Origin: a virus
Lineage: Duplodnaviria; Caudoviricetes
IMG/VR virus record: IMGVR_UViG_2974625740_000001
Span: 1-64,000 of that record
Reading direction: 5' to 3' (one strand)
DNA length: 64,000 nucleotides
The notes below the pieces were generated by a model that saw nothing but the letters and a program-made list of their open reading frames with translations, was not told the origin of the DNA and searched no databases. Below, in pieces: positions 19,604 through 28,862 of this stretch (the stretch's first letter is position 1; the number at the start of each line of letters is the position of its first letter). Both the position numbers and the translations under genes were made by a program.

Positions 19604-20875
19604 GTGACCATCCGCTCGGTGTGGCACATCAACAACACGCAGACCCGGGAGGACACCCGGTTCGCCCCGCTGGGCATCATGACGCCGAACAGCACGTCGG
19701 CCCTGTCGACGGCGAACGGTGTGGTTCCCACCTCGAACAACCCCATGAACTTGACCTCGACCGGAGCCATGACGGCCCAGGTCGAGATCGGGCGTGCGGT
19801 GGTTCAGGGCCTGCTCACCCAGGGCTGTTACCCGGTGGTCATCACGGCCCCCGAAGCGCTCACGTTCGCGGACGGCGACGCCACCAACCCCCGCATCGAC
19901 TCGGTGATGATCGTCATCCGCGATGACCCCTACGACTCCAGCGGCTTCACGGATGTTCGGGTGATCGTCGAGCCGGGCACTCCGGCGGCCAGCCCGGTCG
20001 CCCCTGCTCTGCCGACCGAGGCCAGCCTGAGGCTGTGGGACGTGCGCGTCGAGGCAGGCGTCAGCGCGGGTGGCGGTGGCATCGACTGGGGGACCAAGCT
20101 CACCGACCGCCGGTCGTACGCGGTCGCCCTCGGTGGCATCGGTGTTGGTAACAACCCGGGCGCGTACGCGGGGCAGTGGCGGGATTCGGGCGGCTCGGCT
20201 GGCACGCTGAGCCGGTACAACGGGACGGCCTGGGAATCGTACGTCCGGCTCGACTCCGGTGGCCAGCTCCAGATCGGCGACGTCAACCTCCGGCGCGATT
20301 TCTCGAACGTGCTGGCGACGGACGACCTGTTCCGGATCTACCGACCTGCGACCAGCGACAACGCTATCTCGCTGCGCCTGCCGACCGACACCAGCGCCAG
20401 CCGTTGGTACATCAACGCTGACGGCAACATGAACTGGGGTCCGGGCGGCACGACCTCGACGGACACCAATCTGTACCGCGCGGCGGCTGACACCCTCAAG
20501 ACGGACTCGAAGTTCCGGTCAGAGGTCGAGGTGGTCACGTCCGGCATCACGGGGATGGCGTCCGGGTGGGCCCTCAACTCCTTCTTCGGTCGCCGAACGG
20601 CGCAGGTGGTGGTGCTCGACCTGTACATCAACCGTACGGGCGCAGCCATCACGGTCAACCAGAACGACAACGTGACCGACATCAACCTGTGCACCGTTCC
20701 GGCGGGGTGGCGACCTCAGCACAGCACGATCTCGGGATTCTTCGACAACGGCGTTACCGGCATCGGTGGCGTGGTCGTCGGAACGGACGGCGTGGTAACG
20801 CTGAGGTCGTCCGCAGGCACCATCGGAAACGACACGAACCTGCGCATGCAGTTCGTGTTCATTCAGGTCAACTAG
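19604..20875 (+). CDS. Minor tail / tail fibre protein
   Basis: NPRIDSVMI motif; C-terminal VPAGWRP fibre motif. Confidence 0.7.
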   Translation: MTIRSVWHINNTQTREDTRFAPLGIMTPNSTSALSTANGVVPTSNNPMNLTSTGAMTAQVEIGRAVVQGLLTQGCYPVVITAPEALTFADGDATNPRIDSVMIVIRDDPYDSSGFTDVRVIVEPGTPAASPVAPALPTEASLRLWDVRVEAGVSAGGGGIDWGTKLTDRRSYAVALGGIGVGNNPGAYAGQWRDSGGSAGTLSRYNGTAWESYVRLDSGGQLQIGDVNLRRDFSNVLATDDLFRIYRPATSDNAISLRLPTDTSASRWYINADGNMNWGPGGTTSTDTNLYRAAADTLKTDSKFRSEVEVVTSGITGMASGWALNSFFGRRTAQVVVLDLYINRTGAAITVNQNDNVTDINLCTVPAGWRPQHSTISGFFDNGVTGIGGVVVGTDGVVTLRSSAGTIGNDTNLRMQFVFIQVN

Positions 20876-20884
20876 GAGAAGCAC

Positions 20885-21145
20885 ATGCCCTACGTCGTCC
20901 CGCGTAGTCAGTCGGTGCAGTACACCGGGCAGAACATGGAGGCGATCCAGGCGATCGTCGACCAGTCCGACTACTGGCAGTCGGCCGAGTTCCTCGTGAC
21001 CGAGGAGCGCATCAAGTGGTCGGCCGGTGAAGGCGACCGGATCAACATCCCGGTCGGTGGGTACCTGGTGTACAACACCGAAATGGGAACGTACCAGGGC
21101 CTGAGCCAGGCCGACTACGAGGCTCAGTATCACGAGATCGCCTGA
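20885..21145 (+). CDS. Hypothetical protein (tail module)
   Basis: AGGAG RBS; VQYTGQN motif; codon bias. Confidence 0.55.
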   Translation: MPYVVPRSQSVQYTGQNMEAIQAIVDQSDYWQSAEFLVTEERIKWSAGEGDRINIPVGGYLVYNTEMGTYQGLSQADYEAQYHEIA

Positions 21146-21157
21146 GGGGGTTAAGGC

Positions 21158-22261
21158 ATGCCGGTGGCCAGCCCGTACCGGGTCATCATCTGCGACCTGC
21201 GCACGGACCAACTGCTCGACGTCCTGCCGGTCACCGGCCTGTCGTTCGACGACTTCATCGGGAAGATGGGCACCTGCTCGGGGACCATCGAGATCACCGA
21301 CACCCGAGTCGCCGCGCGAATGCGGCTGAACTTCATCCCCGCGCGCACCGCCGTCTACGTGCAGCGCGGTGCTGACATCTGGTGGGGCGGTATCATGTGG
21401 ACCCGCACCGTTCAGGTGGACAGCCGGGGTTACGTGAAGGTCGCGTTCCAAGCCAGCACGTTCGATAGCTACTTCGACAAGCGCAAGATCTACGACACCC
21501 AGACGTTCGTCGGCGAGGAGCAACTGGAGATCGTCCGGAAGCTGCTCGACTACGCCCAGGGTCAGACCGGCGGCGACATCGGGATCACGTACGACACGCT
21601 ATACTCGAACGTCGGCCGCGACCGCACGTACAACAGCTACGACCTGCTCAACATCCGGGAGCAGATCGACCTACTGAGCAACGTCGACAACGGCTTCGAG
21701 TGGCGCATGCGCGCGTACTCGGACGAGGCCGGACGCCGGGTGAGAAACCTCCAGCTCGGTTACCCCAAGATCGTGTCGAGCCGCAACGATGTAATGCTGT
21801 CGGCACCCGGCCAGATCATCAGCTACTCGCTGCCGGAGGACGGCACCACCACGGCCAACTACTGGCAGTCCCGAGGCGCGTCGACCAACCAGGACGCATC
21901 CAGCGAGTCCGTCCCGCTGATGTCTACGCGGTACTTCTACCCGACCGACCTTGACGCCGGGTGGCCCAGGCTCGACGGTAGCAGTGACTACAACACCGTT
22001 GAGGACCTGACCACCCTGGACGCGCACGCGGTGGCGGATATCAAGAGGTTTCGTCGGCCGATCGTCATCCCGGACATCGAGGTTATGCTGGACGGCCGGA
22101 ACATCACGCCGGGGCTGCTGGGGACCACCACCCGCCTGCGCATCAAGGACATCTGGTACTATGAAGGGATCACCCTCCGGTACCGGATCATCGGATTCAA
22201 AGTCAGCCCTCCGGACCGGGGTAAGCCCGAAACGGCCACGCTCTATCTGGAGGCCCTGTAA
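21158..22261 (+). CDS. Minor tail protein (baseplate hub-like)
   Basis: RGADIWWGGIMW, DNGFEW and AGWPRLD motifs. Confidence 0.75.
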   Translation: MPVASPYRVIICDLRTDQLLDVLPVTGLSFDDFIGKMGTCSGTIEITDTRVAARMRLNFIPARTAVYVQRGADIWWGGIMWTRTVQVDSRGYVKVAFQASTFDSYFDKRKIYDTQTFVGEEQLEIVRKLLDYAQGQTGGDIGITYDTLYSNVGRDRTYNSYDLLNIREQIDLLSNVDNGFEWRMRAYSDEAGRRVRNLQLGYPKIVSSRNDVMLSAPGQIISYSLPEDGTTTANYWQSRGASTNQDASSESVPLMSTRYFYPTDLDAGWPRLDGSSDYNTVEDLTTLDAHAVADIKRFRRPIVIPDIEVMLDGRNITPGLLGTTTRLRIKDIWYYEGITLRYRIIGFKVSPPDRGKPETATLYLEAL

Positions 22262-23001
22262 TGGCAGCACCCAACACGCCGACCGACTTGATCGACCGCA
22301 TTCGCGCGCTTGAGCGCAAGGTCGACGACCTGTCTGGGCGACTCAACATCCGTCCCGCTCTCAACACGATCGTCGGCGGCTCCGTCACGATCAAGGAGGG
22401 CGGCACGCTGCTGGTCGAAGACCACGACGGGACCGACGTGCTGAGCATCGGCCGCGTGTCCCCGGACGTCGACGGACAGCCGCAGATGGCCACGGTCGTT
22501 CGCCGGATGGACGGCTCTTTGGCGTTCGCGGTGTGGACCAGTGCCACCACGGGCGTGCAACCGGTGCGGATGTATGACAAGGGGTCGAACATCATCTTCG
22601 CTGACGACACGGCCAGCGCGGGTGGCGGTCTTGCGGTCCCGTGGCTCCCGTACAACGTGCCGCAGCCGATCCAACGTGCTGGATGGGGCACTACTGCCTC
22701 GACCTCGTACACCGCCGTCCTGCGTACGGTGTCGCCCATCATGCAACCCCGGATGTACGTCCAGGTCGTCCAGGGCGCAGCCTCGGGGTCGACCGCCACT
22801 GGCCAGCTACGCGTCATGGTCAACGGCGTGCAGATGGTCGAGGGCACGGACGGCGACAACATCGACGGCACGTTCGACGTGCCCAACTTCGTCTACGCCG
22901 GAACGCCACTGCACTGGACCGTCGAGGTTCAGGCGAAGGTGACCGGCGGAACCGGGACCATGGCCGTTTCGGTCAGGTCGTGCTACGGAAGGCAGAGCTG
23001 A
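22261..23001 (+). CDS. Minor tail protein
   Basis: DLIDRIRALERKV coiled N-terminus; beta-rich C-terminus. Confidence 0.65.
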   Translation: MAAPNTPTDLIDRIRALERKVDDLSGRLNIRPALNTIVGGSVTIKEGGTLLVEDHDGTDVLSIGRVSPDVDGQPQMATVVRRMDGSLAFAVWTSATTGVQPVRMYDKGSNIIFADDTASAGGGLAVPWLPYNVPQPIQRAGWGTTASTSYTAVLRTVSPIMQPRMYVQVVQGAASGSTATGQLRVMVNGVQMVEGTDGDNIDGTFDVPNFVYAGTPLHWTVEVQAKVTGGTGTMAVSVRSCYGRQS

Positions 23002-23342
23002 TGCCCGAGAACCCGGTCCCCCACGAGCCTGAGGCCGACGTGCCGCTGGCTCCGATCGAGGGTGTTACCGACCCGCGCGTGCTCGAAGTCGCGCGGGTCG
23101 GCTTCAACTTCCAGCTTGCTATCCGCAATCAGCTTCCTGAGTGCCCGGAGGTGGAACTGGCTGCCCGCTATGTGGATCTGGCGGTGCAGGCAGCCCACCG
23201 GGCGGCCCAGGAGAACCCCCCGGCGGCCAGCGGAGAGCCTGGAGCACGCTCCCAGGCACCGACGGCCCCGGACAGCGCGAGAGGCCCCGGGATACACCGC
23301 CGGGAGCTTCAGGTACGAGAAAGCGGGAAAAGTGCCGGATGA
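23001..23342 (+). CDS. Hypothetical protein, weak Acb2/Tad1-like helical hairpin
   Basis: LEVARVGFNFQLAIRNQLPECPEVELAARYVDLAVQAAHRAA; coupled to upstream stop. Confidence 0.4.
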   Translation: MPENPVPHEPEADVPLAPIEGVTDPRVLEVARVGFNFQLAIRNQLPECPEVELAARYVDLAVQAAHRAAQENPPAASGEPGARSQAPTAPDSARGPGIHRRELQVRESGKSAG

Positions 23343-23409
23343 TCATCTTCGGCCCCAGAGAGGGGCATTACATGCATCGACGAAGATAACAACCTGAAAG
23401 GTCCACCAC

Positions 23410-23769
23410 ATGGACTTCAGCAAACTTCCTCTCGCGACCGGCTCCGCCACCGCGCTGCTCGGTCTCGTCCTTCTGCTCGTCCTCCTCGGCAAGCTCGTTC
23501 CCCGATCGGCTCTCGACGACGCCCGTAAGGACGCCGAACAGGTCCGCGCAGAGCGTGATCGTGCGTTGGACGAGAAGCAGCGGGAAGTCGAGCTGTGGCG
23601 ATCCGCGTTCATGAACGAGGTGGGCACCACCCGAGAGTTGAGCAGCCAGAACAGCCAACTGATGGAGGTCGCCCGCACGGCCGACCGAGTGCTGCGCTCT
23701 CTCCCTTCTGGAGCAGGAGATTCACCCAATGACGGGAGCAACAGCAGTGGTGTGGTTTCTCGGCCGTAA
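23410..23769 (+). CDS. Membrane protein (lysis module)
   Basis: One N-terminal transmembrane segment followed by coiled coil. Confidence 0.6.
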   Translation: MDFSKLPLATGSATALLGLVLLLVLLGKLVPRSALDDARKDAEQVRAERDRALDEKQREVELWRSAFMNEVGTTRELSSQNSQLMEVARTADRVLRSLPSGAGDSPNDGSNSSGVVSRP

Positions 23770-23986
23770 ACGAAAGACACACGACCGACCCTCGGCCCAT
23801 GTTCCCCTCAAGAAGAACGAGGGCGAACTGGAGGCCCGGAGGGCAGTCCGTGAGTCGGCCGCTCGACAGGACGCGGTCACCGGTCAGCGAAGGATAGTGG
23901 AGCGGGTGGTGGACAGCCTCGCTGAGGTGCGCCGGAATAACCACTTCGGCGACAACATCAGGGCAGCAATGGGAGGGGACAAGTGA
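23729..23986 (+). CDS. Hypothetical protein (lysis module)
   Basis: RRNNHFGDNIRAAM C-terminus typical of small actinophage lysis-region genes. Confidence 0.5.
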   Translation: MTGATAVVWFLGRKRKTHDRPSAHVPLKKNEGELEARRAVRESAARQDAVTGQRRIVERVVDSLAEVRRNNHFGDNIRAAMGGDK

Positions 23987-24306
23987 CGGTCGCCGACGGG
24001 TCGCAGACGTGGAACGCCTGGGTCAGCCTGGGCACCGCCATCACCTGCTTCCTGTTCGTCACCGCGTACGCCGTCCTGGCGCGGTGGTGGCGAACCTACG
24101 AGGGTCGAGTCATGATGGGCAAAGCCACCGCCATCGGCCTGCTCGCCCTGTACACCTTCATCATCACCGAGGTCGCCCCCGATTCCGCGTCCGCACGCTG
24201 GGCCCGGGTCGTGCTAGTCGGCATCATCGGTGTGTTCATGGTGTTCCAGACCATTCGGCTGGTCACCAACCAGCTCGGTCGGACCTACGACAACAGGAGT
24301 GACTGA
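23983..24306 (+). CDS. Holin-like membrane protein (3 TM)
   Basis: Three hydrophobic segments; RWWRTYEGRVMM; adjacent to endolysin. Confidence 0.55.
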   Translation: MTVADGSQTWNAWVSLGTAITCFLFVTAYAVLARWWRTYEGRVMMGKATAIGLLALYTFIITEVAPDSASARWARVVLVGIIGVFMVFQTIRLVTNQLGRTYDNRSD

Positions 24307-24307
24307 C

Positions 24308-25282
24308 ATGGCCAAGAAGGGACCCCAGCAGTACCCGGGGGCGTCCAACAAGTACCGGTACGACGGGAAGTACCCGGGGTCGCCGATGGAGACCAACGTC
24401 ATCGGCTGGCACTCGACCGAGGGCATATCGGTCCCCGGGTACCGAGGGGGTGCCGACGCGCCGAACCTCACCGTGGCACCGGACTTCAAGAACCGGCGCG
24501 CGGTCTGGTACCAGCACCACGACTTCGACTCGTCGTCGCGGGCTGCGGTAAACATGGCGGGTGGCGTCGAGACCAACACCGCCAACATGTGCCAGGTCGA
24601 GATCGTCGGCACCTGCGACCCCAAGCACAAGACGTCGTGGACCATCAGCGGCCGGACCTACAAGGCCGGGGTCGACTACCTGTACACGCCGGATCTGCCG
24701 GACTGGTTCATCGAAGAGCTGGCCGAGTTCAGCGCGTGGGCCCACATCCACCACGGCGTGCGGCTGGAGTCGAAGCGGCCGAACGGGTCGAAGCTGGTGT
24801 GGAAGCCGTACCCGTCGAGCTACGGTCGGCGCGACCAGAACGACGTGCGCCTGTCGAACAGCGAGTGGGGCGACTTCTACGGTCACTGCTCGCACCAGCA
24901 CTTCCCCGAGAACCTGCACGGCGACACCGGCAATATGGACATCGTCACCATCCTGTCGGTCGCCAAGGACATGGTCAAGGCGGGCAACACGCCCAAGCCC
25001 CCGGCGACCAGCCCGCAGCCGCCCAAGCCGAAGTACGAGCCCTTCCCCGGGGCGTCGTTCTTCAAGGACGGCCGGAAGTCCCCCATCGTCAAGGCGTGCC
25101 GCCAGCGGCTCATCGCGATGGGCTGCAACAAGTACGAGTCGACCACGAACCAGGACGTGTGGGGTTCGGGAGACGAGGCCAGTTACGCGGCCTGGCAGCG
25201 CAAGTGCGGGTTCACCGGCAAGGGTGCCGACGGCACTCCGGGCAAGTCCTCGTGGGACGACCTGAAGGTCCCCAACGTCTGA
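24308..25282 (+). CDS. Endolysin: N-acetylmuramoyl-L-alanine amidase with peptidoglycan-binding domain
   Basis: WHSTEG, QVEIVG and HQHFPENLHGDTG Zn-amidase motifs; C-terminal WQRKCG...ADGTPGKSSW binding domain. Confidence 0.9.
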   Translation: MAKKGPQQYPGASNKYRYDGKYPGSPMETNVIGWHSTEGISVPGYRGGADAPNLTVAPDFKNRRAVWYQHHDFDSSSRAAVNMAGGVETNTANMCQVEIVGTCDPKHKTSWTISGRTYKAGVDYLYTPDLPDWFIEELAEFSAWAHIHHGVRLESKRPNGSKLVWKPYPSSYGRRDQNDVRLSNSEWGDFYGHCSHQHFPENLHGDTGNMDIVTILSVAKDMVKAGNTPKPPATSPQPPKPKYEPFPGASFFKDGRKSPIVKACRQRLIAMGCNKYESTTNQDVWGSGDEASYAAWQRKCGFTGKGADGTPGKSSWDDLKVPNV

Positions 25283-25298
25283 TCAGGAGGTCAACGTC

Positions 25299-25640
25299 AT
25301 GAGCACCAACACCACCGTACCCTCGGTGTTCCCCTCGGTCATGCGGACCGTGGTTCCGCTCGTGGTCGGGTGGGTCATCACGGCCCTCGCCAGCGTGGGC
25401 GTCGACTTCGGGTCGGAGAAGACCACGGCGGCTGTCACGGTCATCATCTCGGCGGCGTACTACACGCTGTTCCGGCTGCTGGAGCGCGCGGCCCCCACGG
25501 GTGGTCGCGTCGAGAAGCTCTTCGGCCTGCTGCTCGGGTTCGTGCGTCCGCCGATCTACCCGCCCTCGGGTTCGGTCGCGGCTCCGGCTCGGGTCGAGAC
25601 GCTGACGGCCCCGAACCCGCCGAACGACCACCGCCTGTAA
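25299..25640 (+). CDS. Holin
   Basis: SVMRTVVP.VVGW and YYTLFRLLE; two TM segments; follows endolysin. Confidence 0.75.
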   Translation: MSTNTTVPSVFPSVMRTVVPLVVGWVITALASVGVDFGSEKTTAAVTVIISAAYYTLFRLLERAAPTGGRVEKLFGLLLGFVRPPIYPPSGSVAAPARVETLTAPNPPNDHRL

Positions 25641-25706
25641 CCGCTGGTAACGGTACCCGACCGGGAGGACTAGCGCAGTACGCAAGTCCTGTGGTACACT
25701 TTCGGT

Positions 25707-26012
25707 ATGGACAGCAACCAGGACACCGTTACGCTTGAAGCGTTCGCAGACCGGGTCGGATGCCACTTCACGACGGCGTCCCGACTGCGGTCCGGCGACA
25801 GGATGCCCAGCAAGGAACTGCTCGGGCGCATCGTTGAGGCTTACGGCCTCGACAAGGAATCGGCTTTCGACGTCTTCACCCAGGGCGACCCGACCCAGTT
25901 CGGGCGGTACCTGCGTGAGGAGGTCTTCAAGTCCGAGGCCGAGTCGGGGCCGGAGTCTCAGGAGACAGGGAACCGAACACATGACACAGACGCTCGCATC
26001 TCCGCCGCGTGA
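25707..26012 (+). CDS. XRE/Cro-family HTH regulator (candidate repressor)
   Basis: EAFADRVGCHFTTASRLRSGDRMPSKELLGRI HTH; starts 7 nt after the first operator-promoter. Confidence 0.8.
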   Translation: MDSNQDTVTLEAFADRVGCHFTTASRLRSGDRMPSKELLGRIVEAYGLDKESAFDVFTQGDPTQFGRYLREEVFKSEAESGPESQETGNRTHDTDARISAA

Positions 26013-26283
26013 GACCGCTCACGCGGCGCGGGTCCAGCAGGTCGACCACCACATGGCGGATCTGGTCGCCCGGCTGAAGGGCCCCGAGTTCGAGCTGGTC
26101 CACCCGGCGCGGTGGCGGCATCTCGACACGGGTCACCACGTGGAGACCGGATACTCTTACGGCGAGGGCCGTGTCCGTGTTTTCCTGGGTGGAGGTCGGA
26201 CGGCAGATCACCTGTTCGTCCTCTCCGGTCGGGAAGACGACATGGACGCGTTCAACGCGCTGTTCCCTGTCTCCAGCGAGTAA
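25981..26283 (+). CDS. Hypothetical protein
   Basis: ORF with phage codon bias overlapping the regulator stop. Confidence 0.5.
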   Translation: MTQTLASPPRETAHAARVQQVDHHMADLVARLKGPEFELVHPARWRHLDTGHHVETGYSYGEGRVRVFLGGGRTADHLFVLSGREDDMDAFNALFPVSSE

Positions 26284-26441
26284 CGCAAGGTCCGCCGACC
26301 CCCCGTCGACGCCCCCACTCCGCAGCCAGCAGGGTGGGGGCGTCGGCGTGTCCGGCGCAACCGTCCTTATCCGGGACTTGCGCTGTAGACAATCACCATG
26401 CTGTACTGGCGGGGACGAGACAGGAACAAGGAGGTTCCACC

Positions 26442-26756
26442 ATGAGGCACAAGGGACAGTACACCACCCCCCAGCTCAAGCGGCTGGCGCTTCAGGGCAA
26501 CGACGTGATCCCCGTCTTCGGCCGTCCGGTCGAGATGGTGACCCTCCGCCACCGCCCCCGCACCAAGTTCGACCCCAAGCCCTGGGTCTGGGGCACCGAC
26601 GGCCTGCGCTACAGCGCGTGGGAACTGACCGTCGAGCCGCACAAGGCGACCGAGGGCGAGCTGGCCGAACTGCGTCACGAGGTCGAGGACACGACCGACT
26701 TCATCCGTGCCAACATGGTCTGTGCGGTCGGCGCACCGCAGGGGGTGGCGGCGTGA
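26442..26756 (+). CDS. Hypothetical protein
   Basis: AAGGAGG RBS; downstream of promoter at 26376. Confidence 0.6.
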   Translation: MRHKGQYTTPQLKRLALQGNDVIPVFGRPVEMVTLRHRPRTKFDPKPWVWGTDGLRYSAWELTVEPHKATEGELAELRHEVEDTTDFIRANMVCAVGAPQGVAA

Positions 26757-26920
26757 CCTGTCGATGTTCGGTCGACAACCTGCGTCGGCTGTGCGAACCG
26801 TGTCGGGTTCGAGCCGGTCGGCCCTCGTGCGCCTGGTGCCTCGGCCGTGGGTTCCGCGTGTTGAACATGCGTTGGACCCGCTGCGACCACACACCGGCTC
26901 GGGTGGAGGTGGTGGCATGA
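26753..26920 (+). CDS. Small Cys-rich protein
   Basis: GTGA overlap; CRC, CEPC and CAWCLG motifs. Confidence 0.4.
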   Translation: MTCRCSVDNLRRLCEPCRVRAGRPSCAWCLGRGFRVLNMRWTRCDHTPARVEVVA

Positions 26921-27003
26921 ACCGCATCAGCGTGGCGTGGGCCCTCACCCTCTCGTACGGCGCTCTCGGCGTCGCGGCGTGCGTCGTGAAATTCCTCGGC
27001 TGA
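26917..27003 (+). CDS. Small hydrophobic peptide
   Basis: ATGA overlap; MNRISVAWALTLSYGALGVAACVVKFLG. Confidence 0.4.
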   Translation: MNRISVAWALTLSYGALGVAACVVKFLG

Positions 27004-27017
27004 CGCCTTCGAAGACC

Positions 27018-27058
27018 ACTGACCCCCCGGGTTCCAAGGCCCTGCCCGGGGGGTCAGT
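27018..27058 (+). terminator. Intrinsic terminator-like hairpin
   Basis: ACTGACCCCCCGGG / CCCGGGGGGTCAGT 14-bp stem. Confidence 0.65.
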
Positions 27059-27138
27059 GCTGTGCCCGAACGAGGGTACTTGCGCACCCCGCAAGTCGTG
27101 TGGTTTAATTGTACCAACGACGAACGAGGGAGCAGGAA

Positions 27139-28143
27139 ATGCCGAAGCTCAGCCAGCCCGCCACCACCCGCAAGGTCCAGCCCGCCGCGCAGGACTCGAT
27201 GTTCATCAGCTATTCCCCCAAGGGCGCGGTTCCCCCGAGCGAGAAGGCCGGGGTCGACTTCGAGATCGAGATGGTCCTGGACGCGATCGACTACCACGAG
27301 AACGGCGACGAGACCGACCCCGCGTGCTGCACGGGTGAGAACCCCTGCAAGACCCGGATCTTCCTGGTCGGTCGCCAGCGGGACCTCGCGAAGAAGGCCC
27401 TGGTCGCCCGTGACGAGAAGATCCTGGCGGAGCGCGAGGAGATCAAGGCGCAGACCTCCGGCGGATCGGGTCCGGCCCGGGTGGCGGACCCCGCGACCCC
27501 CGCCCAGATCGGGTACATCAACACCCTGGTCGGCCAGCACGACACCAGCCAGATCGGTACCTTCCCGGGCCGGACCCTCGCCCAGATCCAGAAGGGCGAG
27601 GAGGTCAGCAAGGGCCGTGCGTCCAAGCTGATCGAGGTCCTGAAGCGCCAGCCGAAGCAGGTCGAGGAGATCCACAACGCGGCGACCCCGGCGGGTCCGG
27701 CGGCCAGTGCCGCTCAGCTCGGGTTCCTCCGCCAGCTCACCAGCGAACAGGGCGAGGAGCTGCGGACCTCGTACACCAAGGCCGAAGCCAGCGCGGAGAT
27801 CACGCGGCTCCTGAAGAACCGCGAGGAGGGTCCGAAGACCCAGGTCCGGACCCCCGCGACCGAGGGCATGTACAAGAAGGACGGCCAGATCTACAAGGTC
27901 CAGATCGCGGTGCACGGGTCCGGCCGACCCTACGCCAAGAAGCTGGTCGAGGTCGACGGCGAGTGGGAGTTCGTCCGGGCCCCGGGAATGGTGAACCGTC
28001 TTACCTCCGCCGACAAGATGAGCCTGGAGGAGGCCAAGGAGTTCGGCAAACTCTACGGCACCTGCTGCGTCTGCGGTCGGACCCTGACCAAGGAAGAGTC
28101 CATCGCCGAGGGAATCGGCCCGGTTTGCGCGGGGAAGATGTGA
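27139..28143 (+). CDS. Modular protein with C-terminal DUF6011-like Zn motif
   Basis: CCVCGRTLTKEESIAEGIGPVCA; internal ATPAQIGYI and ASAAQLGFL helical repeats. Confidence 0.6.
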   Translation: MPKLSQPATTRKVQPAAQDSMFISYSPKGAVPPSEKAGVDFEIEMVLDAIDYHENGDETDPACCTGENPCKTRIFLVGRQRDLAKKALVARDEKILAEREEIKAQTSGGSGPARVADPATPAQIGYINTLVGQHDTSQIGTFPGRTLAQIQKGEEVSKGRASKLIEVLKRQPKQVEEIHNAATPAGPAASAAQLGFLRQLTSEQGEELRTSYTKAEASAEITRLLKNREEGPKTQVRTPATEGMYKKDGQIYKVQIAVHGSGRPYAKKLVEVDGEWEFVRAPGMVNRLTSADKMSLEEAKEFGKLYGTCCVCGRTLTKEESIAEGIGPVCAGKM

Positions 28144-28826
28144 ACAAGGAACAGGCAGCGTGGGGTCGGCTCTTGGAGTCGGCCCCACGCGGGCGTTACG
28201 AGCACGCCCGTTCGTGGCAGAAGCGAGAAAAGCGACGTGCGAACTTCCGGGCCAAGGTGTCGCGCCAGCCCGGCGGCTGCTGGCTATGGGTCGGGCAGTC
28301 GCCGGTCCGGAGCGGCAAGCCGTACCCGCTGTGGGGCGTCAAGATCAAGGGCCGGAGTCAGCAGCGGTCGGCGTTCGTGTGGATGATCGGCGAGTTCTTC
28401 CCCGAGCTGGCCGCCACCCTCCCCCATCGCACGCAGCCCTCATGCGGTGAGTCGACGTGCATCGCGCCGACGCACCGTGTCAACGGCATGTTGACCAAGA
28501 ACGTCATCACTCCCGAGCAGGCTATCGAGCTGTTCAGCTTGAAGGGCCACGCGGACTCGCAGGAGGTGGCGGAGCGCTTTGGCATCAGCCGCAACCAGGT
28601 GTTGTCGATATGGCGTGGTCGGAACTGGGGGAACGTGACCGGAGCAGTCAACCAGACGCGCCAGCGCAAGGTCACGCCGCCGGACATCGTGGACGCCATC
28701 AAGGATCGCCACGGTACGGCCAGCAGCCGGGCAGTGGCGGCTGAGTTCAACGTGAGTTACAAGACCGTGCTGCGCATCTGGAACGACGAACACCGTGGCT
28801 TGTCCCGGGAGCAAGCACCATGCTAG
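28140..28826 (+). CDS. Degenerate HNH-like domain plus two HTH motifs
   Basis: GCWLWVG...SCGESTCIAPTH; QEVAERFGISRNQVLSIWRG and RAVAAEFNVSYKTVLRIW. Confidence 0.6.
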   Translation: MNKEQAAWGRLLESAPRGRYEHARSWQKREKRRANFRAKVSRQPGGCWLWVGQSPVRSGKPYPLWGVKIKGRSQQRSAFVWMIGEFFPELAATLPHRTQPSCGESTCIAPTHRVNGMLTKNVITPEQAIELFSLKGHADSQEVAERFGISRNQVLSIWRGRNWGNVTGAVNQTRQRKVTPPDIVDAIKDRHGTASSRAVAAEFNVSYKTVLRIWNDEHRGLSREQAPC

Positions 28827-28862
28827 GCTGGCGGTCCGTACGAGACACAGGAGGTCGGCACC

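Noticed and set aside
25641-26012. Lysogeny/integration cassette
   Set aside because: An XRE regulator is present, but no tyrosine or serine integrase, parA or attP was recognised in this window. Temperate lifestyle is unresolved because the genome continues past 64000.
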